Shown: positions 10,887 through 20,164 of the stretch, in pieces
Layout of the letters: the number at the start of each line of letters is the position of its first letter
Numbering within the stretch: position 1 is the stretch's first letter
Origin: Nitrospinaceae bacterium
GTDB lineage: Bacteria > Nitrospinota > Nitrospinia > Nitrospinales > VA-1
DNA length: 26,533 nucleotides
Direction: 5' to 3'
Assembly (NCBI GenBank): GCA_046754465.1
Contig: JBHHVU010000045.1
Location: forward strand, 1-26,533
The notes under the pieces: model-generated
The model's database searches: none
What the model saw: the letters and a program-made list of their open reading frames with translations, nothing else
What the model was told of the DNA's origin: nothing
Made by a program: the position numbers and the translations under genes

Positions 10887-11085
10887 TTAATTAATATTCG
10901 TCCAAGGCAACAATACGATGTTGCCGGAAACCTGGTTGTTGGCGATCAGATGTAATGATCCAGGCGATTTACCCCGCCGCGAGAATCTTGATCAGGATGT
11001 GCCCAGGCTTGGGCTGGGGAGTTTCAATTTCTTCATACTGGAGTGCATCGAAATTACCGAAATCGTGAATTATTGCCGCTTTCAT
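10887..11085 (-). pseudogene. Remnant of an MDR-family NADPH:quinone oxidoreductase / alcohol dehydrogenase-like gene (frameshift plus large internal deletion)
   Basis: SD AAAGGTGA then MKAAIIHDFGNFDALQYEEIETPQPKPGHILIKILAAG* (stop 10969-71); shifted frame continues NRLDHYI; then C-terminal-type LIANNQVSGNIVLLPWTNIN* (stop 10887-89). Confidence 0.8.
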
Positions 11086-11179
11086 TTGAATCACCTTTGT
11101 TTATATTTTTTTAAATTTAACCGGCCGTGGTTTTTAACCCAACCGCTTTTAATCTTCCGCGTCATCTCAACTTGTATAG

Positions 11180-11196
11180 AGCAGGTTCCATGCCAA
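11180..11196 (-). promoter_or_regulatory. Sigma54 (-24/-12) promoter
   Basis: Minus strand TTGGCATGGAACCTGCT = GG-N10-GC; ~95 bp upstream of the pseudogene ATG and divergent from a GAFTGA activator. Confidence 0.8.
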
Positions 11197-11327
11197 AAAT
11201 AAAAATTGATATAACTTCTTATATTCCGGTTAGTTGTCTGGCATGACGGGAGTGTGGGCAATTCCCGGGATTTCGCCAATGACTAAATTTCGTGGGCAAA
11301 ATACGATAATCGGAATACACTGAGGCA

Positions 11328-12824
11328 ATGAAACCGGACTCTAAAAGCAGGCCCCCGGGGGAATCGACTCCTCAGACATTAAAGGGCATCCACCACCTGA
11401 ACCGGCTCATCCTGGAATCGGCGGGTGAGGGCATTTATGGTTTGGACAAGGAGGGGAAGGTGACCTTCGTGAATCATGCCGCCGAAAAAATGACCGGATT
11501 CACCGCCAAGGAAATGATAGGAAACTGCCAACATAAACTGGTTCATCATTCGAAGCCGGACGGAAGCGTCTATTCGCCTGGGGAGTGCCCTATTTACGCG
11601 GCTTTCCGTGATGGGAAAGTTCATCAGGATTCCAATGAGGTTTTTTGGCGGAAAGATGGAACCTCCTTCCCGGTGGAGTACGTCAGCACTCCCATCCGTG
11701 AAAATTTGAAATTACTGGGGGCCGTGGTCGTCTTCAAGGACATTACCGAGAGGAAACAATCTGAGGAGGAAATTCAGCGTTTGCGCCATCAACTGGAATT
11801 GGAAAACGTCTACCTCAATGAAGAAGTTTTGGAAGCCAAGGCCTATGGTGAAATGGTTGGCAGCAGTCCGGCGCTGGAACACATCCTGAGGCAAATAGAG
11901 ATGGTGGGGCCGACCGACGCCAGTGTCCTCATTACCGGCGAATCAGGAACCGGGAAAGAACTTGTGGCCCGGGAAATCCATAAGAGAAGCAAACGTAATC
12001 AACGAGCCATGATCCGGGTGAATTGCGCTTCCATCCCCAAGGAACTGTACGAAAGTGAATTTTTCGGGCATGTCAAAGGTGCGTTCACCGGTGCCATAAA
12101 AAATCGGGCGGGCCGGTTCGAACTGGCGGATGGCGGTACCTTGTTTCTGGACGAGGTGGGTGAAATACCTTTGGAACTTCAAAGCAAATTGCTCCGTGTT
12201 TTGCAGGAAGGCACTTATGAAAGAATTGGTGATGAAAAAACATTCCGGGCGGATATCCGCATCGTTGCCGCCACGAACCGGGATTTGAAAGTGGAAGTCG
12301 AGGCGAAGCGATTTCGTCAAGACCTTTACTACCGTCTGAATGTGTTTCCCCTGGAGATTCCTCCACTCCGGAGCCGGACCGGGGATATACCCATGCTGGC
12401 ATCACGTTTTCTTAACGTGGCGTCCAAAAAATTAAATCTTCCGCTTCCGCAACTCACCGAGGCCCGTATTCTTGAGCTGCAAAGTTACAACTGGCCGGGG
12501 AATATCCGTGAGCTGCAAAATGTAATTGAACGGGCCATAATAACTTCCCGGGCGGGTAAGCTTTCGTTCCACCTTCCCACGGGAAAAACAGACGATGGAA
12601 ATGGCAGGCGAGAAGAGGCGAATAGACCGCGGAAACCCAATTATGAAAATAAAATCCTTACGGAACAGGAAATGAAGCTCCGGGAAATGGAAAATATATT
12701 AAACGCCTTAAATCAATGTAAATGGAAAATCACCGGTTCCGGCGGGGCGGCGGAAATCCTGGGAATGAAGCCGACCACCCTGCACTCGAGGATTAAAAAA
12801 ATGGGCCTTAAAAAACCAGGGTAA
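11328..12824 (+). CDS. PAS-domain sigma54-dependent transcriptional activator (FhlA/NtrC-family bEBP)
   Basis: PAS/PAC (EGIYGLD...[13 protein letters not shown]), [33 protein letters not shown]-terminal [19 protein letters not shown]. Confidence 0.93.
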   Translation: MKPDSKSRPPGESTPQTLKGIHHLNRLILESAGEGIYGLDKEGKVTFVNHAAEKMTGFTAKEMIGNCQHKLVHHSKPDGSVYSPGECPIYAAFRDGKVHQDSNEVFWRKDGTSFPVEYVSTPIRENLKLLGAVVVFKDITERKQSEEEIQRLRHQLELENVYLNEEVLEAKAYGEMVGSSPALEHILRQIEMVGPTDASVLITGESGTGKELVAREIHKRSKRNQRAMIRVNCASIPKELYESEFFGHVKGAFTGAIKNRAGRFELADGGTLFLDEVGEIPLELQSKLLRVLQEGTYERIGDEKTFRADIRIVAATNRDLKVEVEAKRFRQDLYYRLNVFPLEIPPLRSRTGDIPMLASRFLNVASKKLNLPLPQLTEARILELQSYNWPGNIRELQNVIERAIITSRAGKLSFHLPTGKTDDGNGRREEANRPRKPNYENKILTEQEMKLREMENILNALNQCKWKITGSGGAAEILGMKPTTLHSRIKKMGLKKPG

Positions 12825-12844
12825 CCGGCGGGTGGCGTGGCCGG

Positions 12845-12942
12845 GCGGAGTGCCTCCGCTGGCGATATATCGTTCTTTATATGGCGAACCGAGCTAGGCA
12901 GGCGATTGAGATAGGACCCATCTCCCTCCGGGCGTGGCCCGG
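12845..12942 (+). repeat. Full 98-bp copy of the dispersed element
   Basis: 5' hairpin GCGGAG-TGC-CTCCGC, TTATATGGCG core, GACCCATCTCCCT, 3' hairpin CCGGGC-GTG-GCCCGG abutting the convergent stop codon. Confidence 0.85.
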
Positions 12943-13644
12943 TTATTTCTTTTTCTTTCGGGGGGGGGCGATACGGTTCAAATCTTTCATGAAACGCCGC
13001 GTGGATTCGGAATATTTCTTTACCCGGTGGTCGATCAGGATATCCTTGGGAGACAGTGGCCGGTCATAATACCCCCAATTGGCGTCGGTATCTTCATTGA
13101 TCGCCGTGCCCTTGACCGAAATTCCCGCGAATGCGCCCTTGCTGCGGGAATAGGAATAGATTTCTCCCTTAAAAGTCACGTCGGACCCAGCTTCAGCGTG
13201 CCTTCCTACCGGCCCGGCCGAAACAGCCGCGTCGGCGCCCAGCGTGAATTTGCTCTTCATGAGTCCTTCAACGCCGCGCTGGGACATGATGAGGAGAATC
13301 AGGTCAACCGCCTCGGCCCCGATCTGAAAACCCACACTGCCTCCGGCGGTGGTCAAAAAGGCGGGCGGACCCCATTTCCCAGTCTTGGGGTCGCGGACCG
13401 AAGCCACTCCCTTGCCGTAACGGACCGCGCCAATGAATCCTACCTTGACCAGGGTGGGGAAAATCATTATCCCCCTGGCTTGGGCTATTAAATCGGAGGG
13501 AATGTTCTCATCCGGAGAACTCTGGATCTCCTGCAAAACCTGCACCGCCTCCCGCAACTGCTGCCGCTGGTCCTTGGTGTCCGCCGCGGCAACGTTGGAA
13601 GTGAAAAGGAAAATACCTAAAGGGATTAGCCAGAGTGCTTTCAT
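12943..13644 (-). CDS. YSC84/SYLF lipid-binding domain protein, secreted
   Basis: Signal peptide (MKALWLIPLGIFLFTSNVAAA); GGSVGFQIG, FTLGADAAVSAGPVGR, IYSYSRSKGAFAGIS motifs. Confidence 0.9.
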   Translation of the reverse strand: MKALWLIPLGIFLFTSNVAAADTKDQRQQLREAVQVLQEIQSSPDENIPSDLIAQARGIMIFPTLVKVGFIGAVRYGKGVASVRDPKTGKWGPPAFLTTAGGSVGFQIGAEAVDLILLIMSQRGVEGLMKSKFTLGADAAVSAGPVGRHAEAGSDVTFKGEIYSYSRSKGAFAGISVKGTAINEDTDANWGYYDRPLSPKDILIDHRVKKYSESTRRFMKDLNRIAPPRKKKK

Positions 13645-13890
13645 GAAAACCTCCTACAGGGCGGAAGATATTTTGGGTTCCACGGACCCAACAACTTATT
13701 TTAAAGGACCGTGGAGAACGGCTCCTGCCAGCGCCACGGAACCAGCCTTTCACTATAAGGAATTTCAGGTGCGAGGTCAACAACGCACTTCTAAGGTAAT
13801 TTGTTGATTTTTATGACTTCCCGACAAAACCTCCGGCATCCGTAAAAATCGCTTTACCCCCGGGGCGGGTCCGCTTACCATGCGTGTCTT

Positions 13891-15915
13891 ATGGTTTTGA
13901 AGAACGTAAAGGATTTTCTGGACAAACAGGGTCTTTTTTCCCGGCGAATGCCCAGGTTCGAGCATCGTCCCCAGCAAGTGACCATGGCCGAGGCAGTGGA
14001 GCGTTCTTTTGCCGAGGGACACCATCTGATCGTGGAAGCCGGCACCGGAACGGGCAAGAGCCTCGCCTACCTGGTTCCGGCCATCCTCTGGGCCGTTAAA
14101 AACGGGAAGAAGGTGGTGGTTTCCACCTACACCAAGACCCTCCAGCAACAGATTCTGAATCATGACATCCCTTTCCTGCTCGACAACCTGGGGGTTCCGT
14201 TCCGCTATTCGCTTTGCCTGGGAAGCGAAAATTATCTGTCACTCAGAAGATTGAAACGCGCGGGCCAGGGGGGATTGTTCACCGACCCGGAAGAAGACCG
14301 TCAACTCCAGACCCTTTTCGATTGGGTGCCAACGGCATCGACGGGATTGCGGGGGGACCTGCCTTTCGAAGCCCGGTCTTCCGTCTGGGAGGAGGTAGGC
14401 AGGCAAAAAGACCAGTGCATGGGAAAGCATTGCGAAACCTACAACAACTGCTTTTACTTCAAGGCCCGCAAAAAATGGTTCGGAGCCCATCTTCTCATCG
14501 TCAACCATCACCTGTTTTTCGCCAACGTGGCGGGAGGCGGGCGGGTCCTTCCCGATTTCGACGCAGTGATCTTCGACGAGGCCCAGAATATTGAAGAAGC
14601 CGCCACCTCCTATCTCGGACTGGAAATCTCCAACTCCGGCTTGTATTACTTCCTCGACCGCCTCTACAATCCACGGACCCGGAAGGGGGTGCTGACCCGG
14701 TTGAAACATGACCTGCTGCCCGAAATCCGGAGCCAGGTCACCCAGGTGCGCCAGGCCGTGGAAACATTTTTCATCAGGCTGTTTGAAGAGTTCGGGAGAA
14801 CGGGCCGCGTTCTCCGCTTTTACAAACCGCCCGTCCTGGACAACAATATCTATATCCCCATGCAGAAGCTTCAGGATCTTCTCAAGACCCTGGAAGGGGG
14901 TCTGCATAGGGAAGAGGATCGATTGGACGCCTCCGCCGCCGCTAACCGCTGCATGGAATTCAACAATACCCTTGCGGCCTTTCTCAATCAACATCTTTCC
15001 GGTTACGTCTACTGGCTGGAAACCGTCGAGAAACCACGCTACACGCGAGCGGTGCTGCGGGGCGTACCAATCCATATCGCGCCGCTTTTGCATGAGCAGG
15101 TGTTTGCCAAAATCGACCGGGTGGTGTTGACCTCGGCGACTCTCACCACCCATCAAGGATTCGATTTCATCAAGGAGCGGACCGGTTTCCAGCCAAAGGA
15201 GGAATTAGCCCTGGACACCCCATTCGATTACCGGTCCCAGGCCCTGCTGTACATTCCCCGCGACCTTCCCGAACCCACCGAGGAGATCGACCCCTATGTC
15301 GAGGCGATTGCCGCCAGGTCGCGGGATCTGATCCGGGCATCGGGGGGCAAAACCTTTATTCTTTTCACCAGCTATAACGTTCTGAACCGGGTTTACGAGA
15401 AGCTCGAATTCCTGGCCCACGAGTTCCGGCTTTTGCGGCAGGGCAGCCTGCCTACCCGCCAAATGATCCGCCGATTCAAGGAAACCCCGTCGGTCATCTT
15501 CGGAACCAGTTCCTTCTGGCAGGGGGTGGACATTCCCGGGGAGGCACTCACCAGCGTGATCATCACCAAGCTGCCATTCGACGTGCCCAACGAGCCCATC
15601 ACCGAAGCGCGGCTGGAGGACCTGCGCCAACGATCCATCGACCCGTTCACCCATTACCAGATCCCCCGTGCCATCATCCAGTTGAAACAGGGATTCGGCC
15701 GGTTGATTCGGACCCAAACGGATACCGGGATCGTCTCCATCTTGGATTCGCGGATCACCCGCCGGGGTTACGGCAAACAGTTTTTAGCGTCCCTGCCTTC
15801 CTGCCGGGTGGTGAAAAAGATCGAAGAGGTGAAACAGTTCCTGGAGGAAAGACAACCCCTTGCGGGGGATGGGAAAAATCTTCAGCCGGGAATCGTCAAG
15901 AATAAGGAGGGATGA
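13891..15915 (+). CDS. dinG: DinG/YoaA-family ATP-dependent 5'-3' DNA helicase
   Basis: Q motif FEHRPQQ, EAGTGTGKSLAYL, VIFDEAQ, LTSATL, SFWQGVDIPG, KLPF, KQGFGRLIR; Cys cluster CMGKHC..C. Confidence 0.92.
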   Translation: MVLKNVKDFLDKQGLFSRRMPRFEHRPQQVTMAEAVERSFAEGHHLIVEAGTGTGKSLAYLVPAILWAVKNGKKVVVSTYTKTLQQQILNHDIPFLLDNLGVPFRYSLCLGSENYLSLRRLKRAGQGGLFTDPEEDRQLQTLFDWVPTASTGLRGDLPFEARSSVWEEVGRQKDQCMGKHCETYNNCFYFKARKKWFGAHLLIVNHHLFFANVAGGGRVLPDFDAVIFDEAQNIEEAATSYLGLEISNSGLYYFLDRLYNPRTRKGVLTRLKHDLLPEIRSQVTQVRQAVETFFIRLFEEFGRTGRVLRFYKPPVLDNNIYIPMQKLQDLLKTLEGGLHREEDRLDASAAANRCMEFNNTLAAFLNQHLSGYVYWLETVEKPRYTRAVLRGVPIHIAPLLHEQVFAKIDRVVLTSATLTTHQGFDFIKERTGFQPKEELALDTPFDYRSQALLYIPRDLPEPTEEIDPYVEAIAARSRDLIRASGGKTFILFTSYNVLNRVYEKLEFLAHEFRLLRQGSLPTRQMIRRFKETPSVIFGTSSFWQGVDIPGEALTSVIITKLPFDVPNEPITEARLEDLRQRSIDPFTHYQIPRAIIQLKQGFGRLIRTQTDTGIVSILDSRITRRGYGKQFLASLPSCRVVKKIEEVKQFLEERQPLAGDGKNLQPGIVKNKEG

Positions 15916-15941
15916 ACCCCTGCGGACCCCGGGTTCCAAGG

Positions 15942-17204
15942 CTATTTTTTCAAGGGTTGCTTGGCCTTGGCGGCGAGGAGAATTTTTCGTTTGCCCAGAA
16001 AAAGAACCAGGGCGAACAGGCAGGACCCGAATCCGGCCAGCCAGAGAAATAAATCGACTCGCCCGAAAATCGCGAAGAGGAGGATGATATGGATAAAATT
16101 CCGGCTGGCCAATATTTGAACCGTATCGTACAACCGGGTTCCCTTAAAAAAACCTCCCTTGCCCGCGCCCCTGGGGAAATAAATAAGGATTAAAATCGAG
16201 ACTCCTCCAAGCGCCAGCAACAGAAAAGGCGCAAGCGCCTGCGCCCATCCGCGTGTATGGGCCACGCCGAGCATCATCCCGATGAAAGCGAACACATTGA
16301 TCACGTTGTCACAGGTCGTGTCGAGAGAATCGCCAAAATCCGATTCCATTAATTTCAATCGCGCCACATCCCCATCGCAACAGTCCCAAATAGCCGTCCC
16401 CACCAGGAGCAGTGCCCCAAGCAATCCCCCCCAATAGTTTCCCCAGGAGAAAAACCAGCCGGAACAGAGACCTATGGGGAGTCCCATCAGGGTTACCTGG
16501 TTGGGGGTCAGGGGAGTTTTGACGAGCAGGGAGGATATCCTCTTGGAAAACAGGGCATTGAACACGCGGTCCAGGACCTGCTTGTAATGCCGCCCGGAGT
16601 TTCGGATCAGCCCGACTTCCGCCAACCGGACCGAAGGGGCGTCCCGCACAGTCACAGCGAAATCGTTATTTGGAGTCACCAGAACCGGCGCCGCGGCTTC
16701 TATCCCGTCTTGGCTCTGGAGGGATTCCTTAAGCTTTTCGAGTTTTTCCGCCGGGAAGAGGTACATCTTCGGCGGAGGATTTCCGGGACTTTCCAAAACG
16801 GTGATTTCTTTTTGGGCAAGGGCACCGGCGGTCTCGGCTTTTCGGATAAACTCCCTGATCAAACGGGGAGAGGTGACGGTGTCTCCGCGGATCCACAGAA
16901 AATTTCGTGAGGCGGCCAGGGCTTCGAAGCGTTTCCACCCCTCGGTGTGCAGGATTTCATCCACGTCGAACCAGTGCAGCTTGCCCTGAAACCGGGGATC
17001 GTTCTGAAGGTCCCCTTGCGCGAATGGGATTTCATTTTCCGGAACCTCCCTGGAAAGGACGGCGATCTCGCTCAATCCGGCCCGTTGGAGGGTGAGGACA
17101 AGCCGTTTGAACAGGGGGATACCGGCAATGTCCCGCCGAAGGAGAAAGCGGATCCCACAGGGCGGCGGGATCAGTAAAATGACGGCGAACCGGACAGGGC
17201 TCAT
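15942..17204 (-). CDS. CDP-alcohol phosphotransferase with a degenerate N-terminal nucleotidyltransferase-like domain
   Basis: TPNQVT and DCCDGDVARLK..S..G..LD..CD signature, multiple TM helices; N-terminus AVILL...IAGIPLFKRLVLTLQRAG. Confidence 0.85.
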   Translation of the reverse strand: MSPVRFAVILLIPPPCGIRFLLRRDIAGIPLFKRLVLTLQRAGLSEIAVLSREVPENEIPFAQGDLQNDPRFQGKLHWFDVDEILHTEGWKRFEALAASRNFLWIRGDTVTSPRLIREFIRKAETAGALAQKEITVLESPGNPPPKMYLFPAEKLEKLKESLQSQDGIEAAAPVLVTPNNDFAVTVRDAPSVRLAEVGLIRNSGRHYKQVLDRVFNALFSKRISSLLVKTPLTPNQVTLMGLPIGLCSGWFFSWGNYWGGLLGALLLVGTAIWDCCDGDVARLKLMESDFGDSLDTTCDNVINVFAFIGMMLGVAHTRGWAQALAPFLLLALGGVSILILIYFPRGAGKGGFFKGTRLYDTVQILASRNFIHIILLFAIFGRVDLFLWLAGFGSCLFALVLFLGKRKILLAAKAKQPLKK

Positions 17205-17221
17205 TGGGGATTTTTAGTGGC

Positions 17222-18235
17222 TCAACGCCTCAGCTGGCCATAGGTTGGACTGTAAATGAAGGTTGCCAAAATGGACAATTTTTCCTTTCGGATGTGGAGG
17301 GGGAACGGATAGAACGGGGCTGCCTCCTTGACCGCCTTGACCGCGGCGAAGTCCAGGATATCGTGTCCCGACCGGTCGACCAGGCGCACTCCCAGGAGAT
17401 TGCCGTCCTTGGAAATTCGGAACCGCAGGGTCAGTTCACCGCTGATCCCCCTTTGGGCGGCTTCCACCGGATAGGTCCATACCCGCTCGATCTGATGTTT
17501 GATGCGCGCGAAATAGGAGGCGTATTTGGTCTCCATGGTATCCAGGGAGATGGCTTCCTCGTCATCGGACTCCTCCAGCGAATCCGGTCCCGTGTCCAGT
17601 GAGGCGTATTTGTCGGGATCGAACCCATCGAGCAGGGAGAGGGACCCCCGGGTGCCGGTGCTGAGGCTTGCGGGAGCTTCCGCCTTTTGAGCGCCCCGGG
17701 CCTGGGGTTTAAAGGTGCCGCGGTCGGACAGGGGCAAGGGAGCCCGCTCCTTCTCCGCGGTCCGCTGCTTTACGGTCTTCGAGAATTTTTTTTGGGGAGG
17801 CGTCCGGGACCTTTTGGAATCGGGGGACACCCCAGACGCTTTGGGAACGACGGTTTTGTGGCGCCGGTATACCTTGTCCCGGCTTTTTTTCAAATTGGAA
17901 TGGGCGCGGCTGTTATAACTGGCCAGCAGTTCCGCGGAGCTGGGTTTTTCAATTTTCTTCGGTTTGGGGGCGTCGATGATCGTCCCAGGGTTTAATTTGG
18001 ATTTGGCTTTCTGGGGTTCGATGAATTTGACATGAATGGGAGGCGGTTTCGCGAGTAACCGTTTCATCGGCAACACACCCTGTATGATGAAAACCACAAG
18101 ATGAATCAGGATCGAAATAAGGATGAACCGGTTCAACCGGGTCCGGTCCAGCAAGCTGGTATCAATCCAGAATCTTCCGGCGGTGCCGACTCCGGCCGCG
18201 AGTGCGCCTATGGGGGAAATGCCTTTTGACTGCAT
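17222..18235 (-). CDS. TonB-family energy transducer (TM anchor, Pro/Lys linker, TonB_C)
   Basis: TM helix with S-x3-H (ISILIH), K/P-rich linker, WTYPVEA..GISG.L.L.F.I..DG..SG..ILD.AA..AV..AAPF; exact start uncertain. Confidence 0.85.
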   Translation of the reverse strand: MQSKGISPIGALAAGVGTAGRFWIDTSLLDRTRLNRFILISILIHLVVFIIQGVLPMKRLLAKPPPIHVKFIEPQKAKSKLNPGTIIDAPKPKKIEKPSSAELLASYNSRAHSNLKKSRDKVYRRHKTVVPKASGVSPDSKRSRTPPQKKFSKTVKQRTAEKERAPLPLSDRGTFKPQARGAQKAEAPASLSTGTRGSLSLLDGFDPDKYASLDTGPDSLEESDDEEAISLDTMETKYASYFARIKHQIERVWTYPVEAAQRGISGELTLRFRISKDGNLLGVRLVDRSGHDILDFAAVKAVKEAAPFYPFPLHIRKEKLSILATFIYSPTYGQLRR

Positions 18236-18342
18236 GGAGGATTCACCGTGTAACTCTTTACGTCTAAATACTTTACATTTTTATGCGGGTTTTCGCAAGC
18301 GGGGAAATCGTATTTTGGTCCTTGGAAATGCCAGCCGGCCGG

Positions 18343-18440
18343 GCCGAGTACCTCGGCTGGTAATTGGACTTGCGTTATATGGCGGACTAAGGTGAGCTGG
18401 CGATAATGCTCTGACCCATCTCCCTCCGGGCGTGGCCCGG
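18343..18440 (+). repeat. Full 98-bp copy of the dispersed element
   Basis: 5' hairpin GCCGAG-TAC-CTCGGC, GACTTGCGTTATATGGCGGAC, GGCGATAATGCTCTGACCCATCTCCCT, 3' hairpin CCGGGC-GTG-GCCCGG. Confidence 0.88.
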
Positions 18441-18476
18441 CCTATTCCTCTTCCGTGAAAAGAGGGTTTACCGGTG

Positions 18477-19772
18477 CTAACCGCTTTGGACTTTCAACCG
18501 GTCACATTTCCGGCTATACCAGTGGAAGGCATTTTCCGTCCGGTGCGATCCGGTGTTGGGGATTGAAAAATCAACTCCGTTTCCAAACGGAACATATCCC
18601 ATCTGGAGGGTCCGGTAGATGCGGTTTATGTAGGACGGGAAGTCATTGTACATCGGGAGTTTTCTTTGCAAATCCGGCATCGCGCATTCCTTGAACCGGA
18701 GCAGCTCCTCGCCGTAAGGATGAACCCGGCTCAACCCGTCCTCACCGTGCCGTTGGTGCGCGTACCGCGCCAGGGCCTCGAAATCCTCCCAATCCTCGAG
18801 AGCGTCCACATCCGAAACGAAAGAAGGGTCGTCATGCAGTTTGCTGGTGAAGGCGGTGTTGAGCAAAATGGAGGCTCCCCGGTTAAAGTTTTTCTGATGC
18901 ATGCCAAACCGATATTGATCCTTTTCTCGGAACCTCTTCCAATCGGAACGGAACCGTAGCGCATGGTGGGCGATCACCGGGAGGAGCCTCAGGAACCGCG
19001 AGGACAGGTGCGGCATTTTTCTGAAAACGGCCCTAAGGATTTTCCCGTCTTTCCGTGACGCGTGCAATTGATCCATGATCCCCGGATCCACCTCGGCCAA
19101 ATTGATCGGATAAGTATTGGGTTCCTTGATATCGTGTAGTTCATGGGGATCTTCCAAAATCGCGCGATAATGGTAGTTCCTTTGAACAAATTCGCTGTCC
19201 GGGTCTTCCTCGCATCGCGGAAACATCTTCTGCCGGGAGTTCAGCCAAAGAATGAGATTGTGGTTTTGAATGTCTCCGTCCTGGAGGACCTTCTCCAGGT
19301 CATACATGAAGGGCAGATCGCCGGGTTGAAACAGGATCAATTCATTGGGTTCGACGGTGAGGCGCCGGCGGCCCAGGGCGAGGGTGTTGATCAGGCTCAG
19401 GTTGTGTGGGTCTTCCGGGACAAATTGGATCGATTTCCCCTGCGCGCCGACGGTTTCCAGAAACTTTTCCAGCACGCGTTCCACTTCCGAGGACCCGATG
19501 ACGACGATCTCCTGCAGACTCGAATGTATCAGGTTCGCCAGGGCATAACACATGACCGGGATCCCGTGGATGAGAAACAGGAACTTGAGCTGGTCGATCT
19601 CATCATCCTTGGCGCGCAAAATGAGGTGGCTGATGCCTTTTTTGCCGGAAGCGATCTCGCGCTGGGCTTTGCGGATGCTCATCCGGTTGGCCCCAACCCG
19701 CGATGGGAGCCGGTCATGGCTGAAACTGAGGATGCATTTATCGATAAAAGGTTTGTTATTGGCTGAAAACAT
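18477..19772 (-). CDS. Uncharacterised protein with a divergent GT-A/NTP-transferase-like N-terminal half
   Basis: Long ORF; LKFLFLIHGIPVMCYALANL..S.LQEIVVIG and LFQPGDLP resemble MobA/NTP_transf_3; DVDALED late in the protein; no LAGG loop; ATG 19772 or GTG 19775. Confidence 0.6.
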   Translation of the reverse strand: MFSANNKPFIDKCILSFSHDRLPSRVGANRMSIRKAQREIASGKKGISHLILRAKDDEIDQLKFLFLIHGIPVMCYALANLIHSSLQEIVVIGSSEVERVLEKFLETVGAQGKSIQFVPEDPHNLSLINTLALGRRRLTVEPNELILFQPGDLPFMYDLEKVLQDGDIQNHNLILWLNSRQKMFPRCEEDPDSEFVQRNYHYRAILEDPHELHDIKEPNTYPINLAEVDPGIMDQLHASRKDGKILRAVFRKMPHLSSRFLRLLPVIAHHALRFRSDWKRFREKDQYRFGMHQKNFNRGASILLNTAFTSKLHDDPSFVSDVDALEDWEDFEALARYAHQRHGEDGLSRVHPYGEELLRFKECAMPDLQRKLPMYNDFPSYINRIYRTLQMGYVPFGNGVDFSIPNTGSHRTENAFHWYSRKCDRLKVQSG

Positions 19773-19935
19773 CACGTTGCATAAAAAATATAATCATTTT
19801 GACAGGGGGACGCCGGAAGGTGGTTCTTCATTCATTTGGGAATATTGAAGTACCTTGTTTTTTATCATGATTTTTCGATCGCTGACAAGCCATTTTCTGC
19901 CGTTAATATATCAGGATGAAAAATTCCGGGAGCGG

Positions 19936-20079
19936 CCGGGCCACACCCGGAGGGAGATGGGTCAGAGCATCATCGCCCACGGCCACGGTCCGCCATTTAA
20001 CGCATGTCCCATCCGGCCCCGCAGGCACTCCGGGTCCGCCATATAAAGTATGACAATACCACCCGCGGCGGTTCGCCGC
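19936..20079 (-). repeat. Full 98-bp copy (19936-20033) fused to an extra 5' half copy (20031-20079)
   Basis: Reverse strand: GCGGCG-AAC-CGCCGC..TTATATGGCGGAC, then CCGGAG-TGC-CTGCGG..GACATGCGTTAAATGGCGGAC..GGCGATGATGCTCTGACCCATCTCCCT-CCGGGT-GTG-GCCCGG. Confidence 0.85.
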
Positions 20080-20102
20080 CCCGGGCTCTTGGGAGAATAG
20101 AC

Positions 20103-20132
20103 TTGACGTTTAATTTTTAATAGACATACAAT
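20103..20132 (+). promoter_or_regulatory. Candidate sigma70 promoter of the proteasome operon
   Basis: TTGACG-N18-TACAAT in an AT-rich patch ~30 bp upstream of the arc ATG. Confidence 0.55.
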
Positions 20133-20164
20133 TAAATATACTCTTTATTTAAAAGGATTTTGCA

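Noticed and set aside
10918..11202. 94-aa plus-strand ORF
   Set aside because: Antisense to the oxidoreductase remnant and spans the sigma54 promoter; no recognisable motifs
11238..11256. Second sigma54 promoter on the plus strand (TGGCATGACGGGAGTG)
   Set aside because: No GC at the -12 position
12845..12942. Element as integron attC site, classical REP or MITE
   Set aside because: No RYYYAAC/GTTRRRY ends, no GTAG tetranucleotide at the hairpin foot, and no consistent terminal inverted repeats or target duplications across copies
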